A model generated the notes under the pieces. That model saw only the letters and a list, made by a program, of their open reading frames with translations, ran no database searches and was not told where the DNA came from. A DNA stretch of 64,000 bases from Tubiluchus corallicola (Eukaryota; Animalia; Priapulida). Shown piece after piece: positions 29,701 through 42,819 of the stretch; the first letter of the stretch is position 1; each line of letters opens with the position of its first letter. The translations under genes were made by a program, and so were the position numbers. The stretch spans positions 62,001-126,000 of the forward strand of contig JAQGDQ010002378.1 of assembly GCA_030141605.1 (NCBI GenBank). Reading direction: 5' to 3'.

Positions 29701-32700
29701 GACGGAACTGACAATTCAATATATGCAACTTTGTTATGCAGTACAGAATCATAAAGTTAGACCCGTAGACAGGGTAGACAGCAGTTATCATTAAAGCGTA
29801 CTCCTACCCGGAGCTAGCGGCAAGCAAGTTGAAGATAGATGGGTAAATTTGTTTCCTTGGGGGTTTTAAAACATATGGAAAGTAAGTTTAAGTAACTGCA
29901 CAACGTTGGAGGAATGGATATTGGCAGAACATTAGTCTAACTGATGCGTTCCTAAGAGACCATTAATATTTCTACGAAGTTCCACTACTGCAAAAATCTA
30001 CAAAACAGAGAAATAGTCTAATTCGGGGCAAGCATGAGTTCTATTTAGCATCAAAAACGAGCTCTATTATAAGATGCAACAGTAAACTAAAATGAGAACA
30101 TTAGTCCAACCGGGTTTAAACATTTTTAAAAAAGCTCTAGAGTAAAACATGCGATTTTTTAAACTACTGGTAACTAAAATTAGTAAATACAGACTAAGTT
30201 GTACAGTAGTCCCTTTCGTCACATTTACAGTATGCCATTCTGTACACGTAATTTACACATACAGTAACACCGGCTAATGTAAATTTAAACGGCAAGCCAA
30301 AATTTAAAAAGAGAATATGCTATCCACATGTACAGTATTTATGATGGAAAAGGTATGTACAAGTATAGCGCCCATAGCTAAGCTCAGAATTTAAAAGCAA
30401 AAGCTAGATACAGTGTTTCTGACAAAAAGTGTCTTTTCTGACCGTATTCCGCTTTTGTATTGATCGATGCTCGAAAATAAGCACCTTGCGTAGGATAATT
30501 TATACTTTTCCCTGAAACACATGGCATTTATTTCCAACATGCGGAAACCAACTTTCCAATTTTAAAATTAAGAAGGAAAAAACGAGCCATAAGTTTTTCA
30601 AACCTCAGAGTTTGTGTATCTCCTGTCGGATTGTTTTCTTAGTCCATTAACTCAGCCAAGAGAAGGTCACATGCGGGCCACGGGTGACGAGGAGATTAGA
30701 GGTGGCTTAAATTTAATTTATTATGTTCACGTTTTCAAGATGAGCAATAATGTTAAAAATGTAACCTAAAGTCAATGAGAACATTTATGGCACGGAAAAT
30801 TCATGATCAAAAAAGGCCTTAAATATTTTACTCTGTGTAAATTGTGTTTAATTTTTAGCTGGTATATAGCCCTATAATGGCCCCTATTGTGGAAAAAAAT
30901 GTACCGAATTTATCAATATATGCAATAGTATTCTTAGTAACAAGAACTGCGACAGTGACCAAAAAAAATAAGAAAAAACAAGAAAGAACAAAGAAAGTGC
31001 GTGACGTTTCGAACCACTATAGTAGTTTTTTAGGTGAATACAAAGGTACAAAAAAGAATTTTTTTCGAAACGTTGTGCTTAGAACTTACCTTTTCCTTGT
31101 TTTTTAACTGTGGGATTTTTTATTCAGTGGATCTACATTTTAATTTCTTTAACGTTTTTTTAATTTAAATTTACTAAATGGTCACATAAGTTAGTGAAGT
31201 CATACATTAAAAAACTTAAAGTTAATGGTTTATAAACTCTCGCAGTCTGATTTCTGCAGAAATTTTTGTCATAAGAAAAATACTCAACTTCTTATGTTGA
31301 AGAAGACTGATATTGGTTCACTTTACATATTGCATTATCAGGGAGACAGCTCAAAATAGAAAACTTTTTTTTATACATTTGTGATTTTCAATCTTGTTAT
31401 TCAGGTAGCGTTAGTTGGTAGAAAGTTTAAGAGTAGACCATTTGAAAAATTTTAAGACTGATTTAAAAGCTTTACACTACAAATAAAGCACACAGTTTAA
31501 GCTAAGTTATCCTAAATGTCTATCATATTTAGAGCAATATTCATAGTTGTACATTATTCAAATGCTGACGTTTTTGAAAGGGTCTTCACATATCTGATGT
31601 GGTAAAAGGATGTCCAGCCTCTGGTACCCTGCATAAATTTAATCACATAGCATAATTGCAGCAGCGCTTGTAAGTCCTGAGTTTCTAATGAGTAGCTAGC
31701 AACAAATAAATCAAATTAAACTTCAGATTTTGATTCGACAATTTCTCACCCTGGCATACAATTTCACGACTAAGACGCGTAGGTCATGGGATGCTGTGAA
31801 AATCTTCAGCCTAATGATGTTAAACAGGGCAGAAACCGCAAACCCAAAATAGAACCTAGCTGCCTGCTGTACATATGACGGCTTCAGTACATGGGCCCCC
31901 ATCAGCCAAGTGTCATTCATGAACTATGGTAATACAGTAATCTTTTTCCCTTATCATTTTTTCGGAATTTGCTGTTCATTTAACCACGTCATTGGTTCAT
32001 TTAAAATCACTTATCCTATGCAAAAAATCGATTTTTTTGGTTCACTAGCACTACGGTCCATTAGCAGAACACTATATATGGGTAATCAAAGCACTTTTTG
32101 TGACATTGCCGCTAAAATTAATTAATATAACGATTACATACAGATTTAAAACTACATATAACAGCTGCCTGGTGGCAATAAACTACATGCAAATTTCATG
32201 CAGTTTTGAAAGTATAAAAGAGTTTTAATTTTTTAAATTTTAATTTAATTTATTTTCACATCACACACAAACCATAATTAAAAAGCAAGTGTTTACATAA
32301 AAAAATCATCGAATTTATGATGTTGGGGAGACGCTCAGAGGCTGAATTACTTGCTTATAAGAGCCAATCAAAAAGCAAAAATCCAATTAAGTCCACAGCA
32401 TCTAACCTAGTTTTAAAATGTTTTGGGTCTGTGCTGTTACAAGTGGAAATCCATTTAGTTGTGCGGGTAAGCTATTCCAGATAGGGACAACCTTGTTCGA
32501 GAAAAAGTCAGCAAAAGCTTTTTTTGCAGTACGCCTAACAAAGAGTTTGAGCGAATGGTTACTTTTGGTTTTGTTGACAAGTTTGTCAACATTTAGATAT
32601 AGCTCTTTATGAACAATTTTATAGCACATGACTAAATTTTATGAATGTCAATCACAAAATTTAACAAATTCAAATTAAAACTTGAACTCACAGCCTTGTA

Positions 32701-33578
32701 TCATTTAAGACGCTATTCATACTATTTTAAAGACTTATTTTTTAAATCCCTAACATTAAGTGTGGAAGTCTGGAGTTACAATTGTAAAAATCATTTATAA
32801 TAAAAGTAAAGCATGCATAAATTCTTTTTGCCCTTGCAGCCAAACTACTAACAATAAGGTGAAGTTTAATAAACTGAAAATGCAAAAGATTCATTTATCG
32901 ACTTTCAAAATCTAAAGGTTAAAAGACCAAAGTATTATATTAGACAGTAATAACACGATTTCCAAACGAAGAGGCCATGTACCCTTGTGCTTCATAGTGG
33001 TGTGATCATATGTGTATTATTTACACTTCCTCATAGCACAGCTACATACTGCACAGTGTAAAATGACACGAGAAACACGAATATTTAACTTTTCTAAAAT
33101 AACAAAATTTAGGCAAAAAGTATCATATCGTCATTCTCACGTGTGATTTTGTAAGTTAATCTATGTCATGAATACCAGTGTGACTCAGACCATTAAACAA
33201 ACCAGAAGGCTATTTGTGTCCCGAAGATGCCAATATTCACGTATGTGATTTTACAAAAATCTCCAAAATATCTCTTTTTTACTTCGGGTTAACAAATTTT
33301 TCTGAATTTGACTTTGAAACGAATTTTTATTCTTTTTTATTTTGGTTTAACTTTGAAATATTTTGTACGCCAGCTCCTACGGTTGATAGAATTGTATTTA
33401 AGTACACATACTATCACAAAAATGTTTAAAAACTACCTGCCAAGCAACTGTGGCTAATAAATAAATTAATATTAATAATTTTGCATTTACAGAATATAAT
33501 ATTATATGTATATATATTCCATGTCATTCAACTATATATATATATAGTCAAGCATATATATATATAGTATATAGTATA

Positions 33579-33622
<44 letters not shown>

Positions 33623-35590
33623 AAGCATATATATATATATATGCATATAATAAAAAACAAGGCTTCAGGCAAATTGGGATAACTATGTGAAGCTAGGAAA
33701 AGCAGTTGAATGACATGGAATAGACCATTCACAGAGATGGACACAAACATTGGCTAATGGCTATGGCTGTACTGCCTACAGGAAACACACAATAGATAGT
33801 AAATAGTATAGTAGAGTATTTGTATAGTAGTATAGTATTAGTATTAGTATAGTAACGTGTTAAAGTGACGGTTTTGCGGGTGTGACATGGGGGGTACGGT
33901 ATGATGTAGTGGGTGTGGGTGGCGTGGTGTGGTGGGTGTGGTGTAGTTTGTCATCGTGGGTTATGCGCTAACTTTTTTGCGGAGTTTAGCCTTCTTATTA
34001 TTACTGCTATTGCTATTTGCTACTGCCTCTACCATTAACACTGCAACTAACAAAACTGCTACTTTAATACAAAACTTTTTCAAACACTTATTGCTATTGC
34101 CAATTTAAAGTTTTATGACTACTCACTTAAAAATACTTAGGGCATGCACAAAACTTGTAGCTAATAGTTTTAAACATGTATTATAATGCCTAGTACCAAA
34201 ATAAGATTTTGCGAAGCTAGTAAGCTTTGAGAACCTTTAAGAACTTTCTTCCAGACAAGAGGCTTGATGATAGCTACACTTTGACTAACATTGATCATTA
34301 ATTATAACCGTCATTATAGCACTCATAGAAGAACTATGGATTCACTCTGAAAAATTTCGCTACATTAGTTTAGGTATAGTACAACCTCAAATAGCTTTCT
34401 GTGAACATGACATCAACATCACCATCTTAGACATGTCATATACGACAAATCCAACTTTATTAGTCTATTCATGATATTCTCTAGTATCAACCCAAACCAA
34501 ACAATTTATTGGATCTGCTTTTAAGAGTCGAAGCCTAAGCCTTTTTTCATGTACAGCGCCTACGAAGAAAAAGAAAAAACCAACAACAACACGAGTACTG
34601 AAAAGAGGATGCATATTTAGGATACATCCATTGGAAACATACATTGAGGGGCTAGCCTCAGTCTATGGTTTATTTTGCAACTTTTTGCAACCACATTTTT
34701 TTACAAACATCTTTCATGATGTTTCACAATGTGACATGACCAAAGCAGTTTTTTTAACACAAGAAAGGTTTGCCTGCATAAATTTGCAATCATCAATGCA
34801 GCTATCCTGCTAAACAGTAACCACTGCGGCTATATGCACTATGATGCAGCACTGCTAATGCATAATTTACAAGAAATCAGTATGCAGATGTATCCAGGGT
34901 AACGTTCATTCACATGTATAAAGAACAATGACAATGTTCAATCTACTAAAATATCTCTCTAACTCTTTAACTTAATACTTCTTAACATCCATTCCTCCAC
35001 TTATAACATCTAACATTATTATTTTTAAGAAAGAATGTTTCTTTTTTACTTTTTTTACTTGGACTTAATTTTGCTTTGACGTCTAGGCCTAAAATAGCTA
35101 AGGTTAACCGGTCATTATTAGATAAAAAATTCAAGCACTTAATTAGTGGACAATATGATGTGACTACAGACATTTTAAATCATCCATTCTTTTGGGCATT
35201 AATTTAAATTTTCTTTATTCAATGAAAAATGAATACCAGAAATTCCTATATATAAAAAGGCAGCTGTCTCCAACTTGTTTCACTTTAGTTTACTATAACT
35301 GTGAACTTTGATATAGCAAAAATTGGTTTACGCTTTAACTCACCAAAGTTCACATTTTATTTAGCAATCACAATCTTAAATTGAAAAACTCGAAGTGTTA
35401 TGCTTAGCTGTGCCTAATATAAATAAACCCGTCTCAGCTAAATAAATATATACATTTCTACAGCATGTAGCTACGTGCAGCGTACGAGGTACAACTGTAC
35501 ATTCAACTGCAAATCGAAAAAACATTAATAATTATACTTACTTTTTACTATCCTTTCCGCACATGGCAACTTGTCACTTATGTTCGCCAT
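2645..35590 (-). CDS. PPP3CA: Calcineurin A (PP2B catalytic subunit), 5' part: join(35542..35590,21621..21821,18221..18345,15408..15519,2645..2790); further exons lie left of the window
   Basis: The spliced translation is [27 protein letters not shown]...[20 protein letters not shown]...[25 protein letters not shown]...[69 protein letters not shown]. It carries the PPP motifs GDIHG, GDYVDRG, RGNHE and HGG. All introns are GT-AG with compatible phases. Confidence 0.97.
3084..3134. repeat. (CA)n/(CACG)n microsatellite
   Basis: Directly visible. Confidence 0.9.
5121..5298. repeat. (GGAGA)n/(GA)n polypurine tract
   Basis: Directly visible; explains ORF 5153..5383. Confidence 0.95.
7102..7460 (+). 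mobile_element. Possible non-autonomous Helitron-like insertion (3' end not resolved)
   Basis: Begins A|TCTATACT...ATATTAATA followed by (TA)n and a CpG/GC-rich body that contrasts with the flanks; no clear 3' hairpin+CTRR found. Confidence 0.3.
11664..12053 (+). mobile_element. hAT-type MITE rich in TTCGAA motifs (copy 1)
   Basis: TAG...CTA termini; perfect 8-bp TSD CTTAAAAC (11656-11663 and 12054-12061); homologous to 25061..25457. Confidence 0.88.
13709..14985. repeat. Degenerate 53-bp minisatellite (~19-20 units), consensus ~GCAGCAGGGAAATGCATGATACATGTGTCTCGGCATTATTTCCCTGGTGGCTG
   Basis: Unit starts at 13709, 13762, 13815 and 13868 (period 53); the array resumes after an RTE insertion. 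Confidence 0.9.
13958..14255 (-). mobile_element. 3' fragment of an RTE-clade LINE (degenerate)
   Basis: Frameshifted translation [24 protein letters not shown]...[27 protein letters not shown] resembles the RTE ORF C-terminus (KL.YFGH..R..SLEK.I.LG...L.E....A.DR..WR..V..VT..R). Confidence 0.75.
15408..15519 (-). CDS. PPP3CA: Calcineurin A exon 4 (112 nt)
   Basis: tttcag acceptor; [37 protein letters not shown]; gtaagt donor. Confidence 0.97.
18221..18345 (-). CDS. PPP3CA: Calcineurin A exon 3 (125 nt)
   Basis: ttcag acceptor; [42 protein letters not shown]; gtatgt donor; missing from the ORF track. Confidence 0.97.
18738..18822. repeat. ~42-bp tandem duplication
   Basis: AGGATAAA..TAAATAAGAA(A/G)CAATAGGTGAATTAATATGTT occurs twice. 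Confidence 0.85.
21621..21821 (-). CDS. PPP3CA: Calcineurin A exon 2 (201 nt)
   Basis: tttttag acceptor; [21 protein letters not shown]...DVEAPVT; gtaagc donor. Confidence 0.97.
24210..24531 (+). mobile_element. Tc1/mariner transposon remnant
   Basis: [25 protein letters not shown] resembles the transposase motif FQQDGAPPH...VR..LN..FP; right end GACACCCTG|TA is a mariner-type TIR plus TA. Confidence 0.65.
25061..25457 (+). mobile_element. hAT-type MITE rich in TTCGAA motifs (copy 2)
   Basis: 13-bp TIR TAGGGGTGAGCAT/ATGCTCACCCCTA; near-perfect TSD TTCCACAC/TTCCAACAC; homologous to 11664..12053. Confidence 0.9.
32402..32640 (-). mobile_element. CR1-type LINE 3' ORF2 remnant
   Basis: MCYKIVH...NHSLKLF...[14 protein letters not shown] matches the CR1 ORF2 C-terminal motif (HSLKL...FFS.RVV..WNSLP). 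Confidence 0.8.
33533..33641. repeat. (TA)n microsatellite with a duplicated GTCAAGC interruption
   Basis: Directly visible. Confidence 0.9.
35542..35590 (-). CDS. PPP3CA: Calcineurin A coding exon 1 (49 nt)
   Basis: ATG in AACATGG context; [16 protein letters not shown]+A, then gtaagt donor; phase 1 joins exon 2 to give ERIVKSVPFPP. Confidence 0.9.
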
Positions 35591-36071
35591 GTTCGTGAAA
35601 GTCACCTGCCTTCTCGATGGTTGGGTTTCATATGCCGCCAATTATACAAATCCCTAAAATTTCACGGTTCAGTAATCAGTTACACTAAAATGAAGATGAA
35701 AATGGCGCATCTGTCCAACTGAGATAACAACAGCGTCACTTAAAGAATCGACTTACTGTTTTACAAGTGCTTTCTAGAATCACACTTGGTGCAGTAAATC
35801 ACAGCGAGTAGGATAATTTAAGTTACCTAAAGTCATCGAATTGATAAAATCTGACCAACTTGTAACACGAATAACGATAAAACTAACACCTAACACGGCT
35901 AATCTACATTCTCCCCGCTCCTGGTTGATGCACTGCGCATTTTTGGTTTTCTCCGCATTTTTCTTTGCGGCAGCACTGTACAAGAAGCCAATTACAAAAT
36001 GTCTGCGCCTTTCATACGTTGTTTTTGTGCTAATGTTTATTTCACGTAGCTTTTCCTTAATTAAGTTGAGA
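35591..36071. promoter_or_regulatory. Putative bidirectional promoter/5' UTR region, calcineurin A <-> PBLD
   Basis: Divergent ATGs separated by only 481 bp; locally CpG-richer; YY1-like AAAATGGCG at ~35699. Confidence 0.6.
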
Positions 36072-36158
36072 ATGTTGTCGTTATTTACCGTCGATGCATT
36101 TACAAGTTACCCATTTTCTGGAAATCCTGCAGCAGTTTGCCTGAATAAGGAAAACAAG
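36072..36158 (+). CDS. PBLD: PBLD coding exon 1
   Basis: MLSLFTVDAFTSYPFSGNPAAVCLNKENK; AAG|gtcaat donor (weak). Confidence 0.88.
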
Positions 36159-39100
36159 GTCAATAATAATAACTCACTCACCTTTGCAGCTACCCCCATT
36201 ATTTTGAACATGGATAGATTTGTCATGGCTGATTACCACAACGTTCCACTGTAACAAGTCTTGAATGCCTAAATGACTGGTCGCAATTCTTTGATGCACC
36301 TTCTCTCCCATCAATTGATATTCTATATATTGATTTTAGAAAAGCATTTGATTTTGTTCCTCTTCGTCGTCTCGTGTTAAAAATGGAATTTGCAGGTATA
36401 AGAGGGAAACTACTCCAATGGTTTCAATATTTTCTAACACACAAACAGCGAAGAATGGGTTTAAATGGTGTAACCACTTTCTGGAGAAATATAACCAGTG
36501 GCATTCCTCAAGGGACTTTGTCAGGACCCAATTGTTTTCTTATTTTTGTCAATGATGTTACTGATTGTGTATCCCCTGACACACGTATACCGCTGTTTTT
36601 GATGATATAAAGCCTTACCGTCCAATTAGAAATTCCTCTGATCAAGAGATCTTACAAGCAGACTTGTCTGAAATTGAGCAATGGTATGACAATGTCACTC
36701 ACCTTATGTCACCTTTAAAAATGCTTTAGAAAGAACTGAATGGAGGTGTATTACTCTGGCCTCTGATATTCAACCTGACTTTGTATCTTTGCTTGAACAA
36801 CGCCGTGATACTATAGATCTTATTACCTGTTAAAAAGTCATTAGTGATAGTTCCAATTTGTGTAGCAACAAATTTTTTTCTAGACCACTGCATGATTCAC
36901 ATGGACAATTCTAAATTATTTGTACAATGCTCTCGCACTAACATGAGAGCCCATTTCTTCGCTTCTCGTGTTGTGGGCCCTTGGAATTCACTTAAAGTAA
37001 AAGCCCAGCCTCATCAGCAATTTTTAGCAAAAGTTTAAGGATGATGTGTTGAAATGATATTCTTATCGCTTTTCGAAAATAATTAAGTAATTAGATAAAT
37101 AATTGCTCGATTTTACTTATGCCAATTGCTTTATACACGCAATTCAGCGCTCGGGCGGCTATGCACTGATGACGTCATGGCAGTAGACTTAAAAAGACTG
37201 TCATCATCGCTTGTTGCTTTACTACATCCTCTGCTACACAAATTCTGGGTATTTGCACACGTATAACATACGAAAAAGTTACACAACATGAAAATAAACT
37301 GCTGTACTTTCAACAGTTTAACACGCGGCAGTTCGCCAGCCAGTAAATGCAGACCTGTACCGGCATACAATAATACTTTTCGGATGACCGCCCTCATCCT
37401 GCCACAACGTTATTCACCACACGCAGGTGAAGCATGGAGAGTGTAGAAACTGTACCGCAAGTGTTCAACACGTTTAAAATGAGATTTAACACGTTTCATT
37501 AATTAATTCACCTGACTGCCATGGATAAAAATGCTGGAATTTGATTACAATATTTCGTTTTCTGCTTAAGTTGTTGATTTTCATATTGATAAAAAATGTC
37601 TGGGTATTTACTTTAATAATGAAACAGTTGACACCTCAATTTCGGAAATTGTTGAGGAGCGACCGTCAATAACTGTGTTATGGCTAGGTCTTAGACTTCG
37701 CAAGTAAGGAAGTTTGTCATTCATCGTGCTGTTAATTTTATTATTAATGTTATCATCCCTTTTGCAGCATGTTGTGCTGTAATGATTAGGAGTTAAGCAG
37801 GCACACTTCTAGAAACCCCGTATTTTTCCACAAAATAATCTTCATTTAAAAATTTAAACTTTACTAGGCTTGGTGTGGCAGTCACCATGGTAGACAAATT
37901 ACCATTCCATTTATTTTGCTATCACAGAAATGAAAATTTACAAATGTCAAAATGTTACCGCTTTTTAAAAAGTTTTATTGTCATCTACATTTATGCAAAA
38001 TGTTTTCTTTCTTGGTCAGTATTTTATAATCTTTTATTATTCTAATATCTTTTAATCATGATTAAAACCAGAAAAATAGCACAAATATCACTATTTAAGA
38101 ATATCAATATTATATTGATATGTAATTATGATTAAAAGATATTATCGGGGGTTATATATAAGGTTTGTTTATAGAATGGAACAATCAAATTTATTCCATT
38201 TCCGTGGTCTAATAAACTTATGTTCATTTGTCACCCCTTTACCCATACATAGCAACCAATAATTAATTATAATGTTATATTAACATTTTATTTTAATCAT
38301 TACAGTTATATTATACTATTATTTTTTACCAAAAGGGAAAAAAATTAACATTCTAATTTTAATGAAGCCTAACCAAAGCAATGTGTGATTTCAAAAGAAT
38401 TTCTTTCTTTCTAGAAACGTCCCCAAATTCTTATTTGCTTTTTTGACAGCGACAATACATTGCTGGGAAAATTTCAAGTTTAATGTTATTATCGCACCAA
38501 TATTGCTTTTACTATCTGTACTATGAAGAGTTATTCTGCTTCCATTCATGATGTAATTTCTTTTAAGATTCTGTAAACCCCAATGCATTTCCTCACGTTT
38601 ATCAACATTAAATAACATTGTCAGTCATTACTTAACCTACTCCATTACTGAATGTCATTCTGTAAAATTAGGGAATCCGCTGCAGAGTTAATTGGATTGT
38701 ACAACTTTGCATTATCTGAAAATTTTAACTAGAGTGCGACCCTCTTATTCAGTATCATTAATCAGTAATCATGAAATAATTATTAATAGTGAAAAGGACT
38801 GAGCGGAGTGCTGACCTTCCAAACAGCCAATCCTCAAATCAACTTTGGACACCTTACAGTCTTACACAGTGGACGTAATTATTGCAGTGACAAAGCACTC
38901 TTACAATAACAAGAAATTTTACCTGACCCTATAATTACTACTGAAATTGTTATAGTCTGGCTACCCAATAAAAAAAGAAACAAAGGCAATAAAAAAATTA
39001 TCGGATAGTAGATCATAAATAGATTCCTTGCTATTTGTTTGTTTTTATTTGTGTATATGTCGTTTCTAGGCTCACGATGACTTATCAGAAGAGGTGATGC

Positions 39101-42100
39101 AAAGTATTGCAAGCGAAATGAACATATCGGAAACTGCATTTGTAAAATTGTTAAGTCAACCTGGAAGCAATGATTTTCAGCATGGCAGCCATTTTGGATT
39201 GCGCTGGTTTACTCCTACTAATGAAGTTCCTCTCTGTGGCCATGCAACTCTGGCTACTGCTGCTGTATTATATTTCTCAATTGGTAATGCTAAATATATG
39301 TCAGCTTCTGTAAGTTCATCAATATTTCAGTAGATTGTGATACATGTGCTGTGTTGTACCACCTTATTTGATAGAAACAGGTAACATCAGTGTCTAAGTG
39401 ATTGCCCTTTTAACTGTTGGCACCATCATCGTTATCATCTCATCATCATCACCATCATCATCGTCATCTTCATAATTACACAATATGTTTATATCCATTT
39501 ATACTGAAATCTCAAAAGTAACACCTCAAGAATATAGCTGGTGCACATCACATTGTTCAGTTTTTAAATATTTTTTTATAAATAGGTAATACATCCCCTT
39601 CACTTACTTTTGAAACAAAGAGTGGACCTTTAACTGTGCAGAAGAAAGAGAATGGATATTTGTTAATGGATCTTCCATCCAATCCACCACAGCCATTTGA
39701 TAAGTCATCCATTGTTGATTTGCTGAAGGTAAAAACAGTATTAATCAAAGTTATTTATTTTGAGTATTGAATGTGCTCATTTAATATGCATGCAGTACAA
39801 AGATGTACCGATTGTTTGCGATTAGTTTACTGAATTGGAAAACAAACACAGCATGTTGATTTTTCAAGATTTTTAACTTAAATTTGCATAATTTGTGCTA
39901 ATGCTACATTCGTTGTTCGTAGTTCCACAACTTTGAAACTTTAGTTGACTTGTATAAGGGCCTAAGTATCAAACATTTCAATTTTTTAAAGGCCTGTATA
40001 ACCCCAACAGACACTGAAGTTTCCTTAACACATTATTATGATTACATAAAGTATTCATAGTTGTTATTAAACAAAAAAGAGATAAATTAAATAAGTTACC
40101 TTTTTCTTGCAAATTTCGAACGCGTGCATTACCGTAAAAATTGCAGTGTTTCGCTTGTTTGGCACCAGTGAGCTAAAATGACATACGAGGTACAGAAAGC
40201 GTCTTCGGTTACCGATGTTTGTTTGCCAATCTTTGGTGACTTTGTGACTTTACTCATAACGCCATTCGTCTCACGCAACAAAAATGGCGGTTCTTCGAAT
40301 TTAATACCGCTAACAGCCATTTAATAAAAAATCAAAAGAAACAAGTTTTACAGTAAGTTTATAATAAAGTAAATTGAATATTCGTAAATGGGGTAGGATT
40401 TTAAGCTGTAAAACCTTATGTTATAGCGAGGTTTAGTATGACTGTAAATGAAGAAAATACAATCACTATTCACTGTACATAGTATCGCTGTAATTAACTG
40501 CATATATTTATTTAATGTCACAGGCTAAGATCTTATTGTAAGAAAAAAGAAGGAGTAATTGTCATTATAATTTCCCATCTCACACACAGTAAAGGTAATT
40601 TAAAAAATAACTGCTACCACTTTAAACAATAAAATGAATTCAATAGTAGAATTTCGACAATTTCACTTTGTGTTTTTATTTGAATTTACTGATGCCAAGT
40701 GAAAGTTAATTTTAATCTTGCAGGTTTGTGTAGGCAATCTGCCTGTAAAAGATGTGCAGTATTCACCAACGACCAAGAAACTACTGATAGTTCTCGATAG
40801 TAACTTGACAAGGTACTGTATGTACTCTTTTGTTCTCGTAAGATCATTATATTTACCATTGGTACGGTTCAATGTTGAAAGGATCACATATAGTATACTG
40901 TAAGACTTGGGAGTATAGCACATTGGATTTGTTACCTTTAGTTGCAGAAATATGAGTCACTGCCATATTCTGTGATGTCAGGAATTCTATGCTTATAACA
41001 CATTTGCACGATGGGTAGTCATTTCTAAGCTGTTACGGCATCTAGATGCTCCTGTTAGTTGACTAGTTAATTTGGGGTGTTCCAGGAGTTTTTCAGCTCT
41101 TTTCTAGGGATTACATCATTAGAAGCTAATCCTGTTAATTAGTCACAAAAAAGTAGGTTTTTCTGTACCCAGGTGTTGGGGCCATTCCAATCAAATAATA
41201 AAAAAATCTACACATGATTCATTATTTTCAGTGTAGCGGTAAAAATTTCGATGTAATGATGTAAAATTTTTGACATGATGGGCTAGGTGGCTTGAATTAA
41301 AGGACTAGATGTAAAAAAAGCTTGAAAATTAGTCGTTCATTTATACTGCTGTTAGACATTAATATTTTTTGGCTTATTATGTAGCCCTTCTATTTCAAAT
41401 TACTTGCAAGTAGTCTTTGGGGCTAATCACTCGATACATGTAAGTAAAACTTTTGTGTTTCTAAATATAGTAGAGGTGCACTATTTGTAAAATGTGGGGC
41501 AACTTTGCTCTGAACGTTCTGAACAGTATAATAATAGAGAATCTTTATTGTTAAGAGAGTTATCATTAGTGGGCGAGCGATTGTGCTTGTCCTTAGTTTC
41601 AAACGACAGATTTTGATGTTAAATTTGCCATTTACTACACATTTGTAGTGGTACTTTATTGGAGATAAAGAACTGTGTTCAATTGTGTTGTATGTAAAAG
41701 AGACAATAATTTTTGATGCTTTCATTTGTTTAATTAAAGATGCTTTTATTTCGAGAAACTGCAGATCTCTATAATAGCAATTTATTGTGTTGCTCGAATA
41801 ACAAAATGATTAAACTGTTAAATTGTGTTATTCTCAAGATGAAGATTTGTCGTGTAGTAAGGTAAAGGAATAGCCCACTTTGTTTTCAGTTGGGAAATAA
41901 TGCTTCTATGAGGCTATGGGAAGCGATGTAATATAAAATATGTTGGACCCATAATGAAGTTAGTTTAATATGGATTGTTATTTATTTTTAATGTGCTAAC
42001 AAATAAGATTTCACTGTATTATGCTGTAAACTTTATTAAACGTCTGCCTGCAAAAAGAGGCACTCTTTGTGTATTATTGTATTACAATTTGTTGAATAAA

Positions 42101-42787
42101 AGATTTATCATCCTTGTCAAAGATTTCTGTGTTAGTCGGTTGTCGCTATTGTTGTTTTAAAATTAACTGATACCAGTGGCTGTACATCGTCGCTTGCTGA
42201 TTGCAAGCAGGGTATAAATAAAATTTTGCGTGAGTTTTTTTGTATTCCTGTCTGAAAAATATGTTTATTTATTTAGAAATGATCTGGAGTCGCTAAATCC
42301 TCAGATTGATAAGATGGTGGCATCAGACTCGACTGGCGTGATACGTGGCGTAATTATTTCACTTCAAGGAGATGACAGCGATGATGGTTATGACTTCTTT
42401 TCACGCTTCTTTACACCTTGGAACGGGATTCCGGAGGATCCAGTGACTGGTTCTGCACACACTGTGTTGGCACCTTATTGGTCGAAATGCCTTGATAAGC
42501 AACATTTGCGTGGTACTTAAAGTATTGTGAATACTTATGTTGTCATGACTGTACAAAGCACATAATATCGGAATGATAGCATGATGCAGTTACATATGAA
42601 AATAGAAAACGTTTTCTTATGAAACGGCTGTCTGATTCAGTGTTGAGGATTCCATGTATTCAGTGCCACTTTATGAAGCTAAGCTTATTTTTTGATTGGG
42701 AGATACCAGTGAAAATGTTATTGTGTAAATATTGTGTGTTAACATAACTATAGTATTTATTTAGACTGGCTTTTAGTCATATCTGTG

Positions 42788-42819
<32 letters not shown>

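Noticed and set aside
29232-29830. Two segments with TTACTC...(GACA)n, reminiscent of non-autonomous Helitron/Helentron elements
   Set aside because: Boundaries, terminal hairpin and insertion site could not be defined
31001-31036. Minus-strand stem plus CGAAACGTC hammerhead-like motif
   Set aside because: The core reads CTAAAAA instead of CTGANGA and stem I does not pair
36052-36070. TTCCTTAAT resembling a U12 branch site
   Set aside because: No U12-type donor (RTATCCTT) is found in the promoter gap upstream
35841-36071. In-frame N-terminal extension of PBLD (e.g. MFISRSFSLIKLR, mitochondrial-presequence-like)
   Set aside because: The upstream ATG at 36033 overlaps a likely branch point/acceptor (ctaat...cgtag) and has a weak context; family homology starts at ATG 36072
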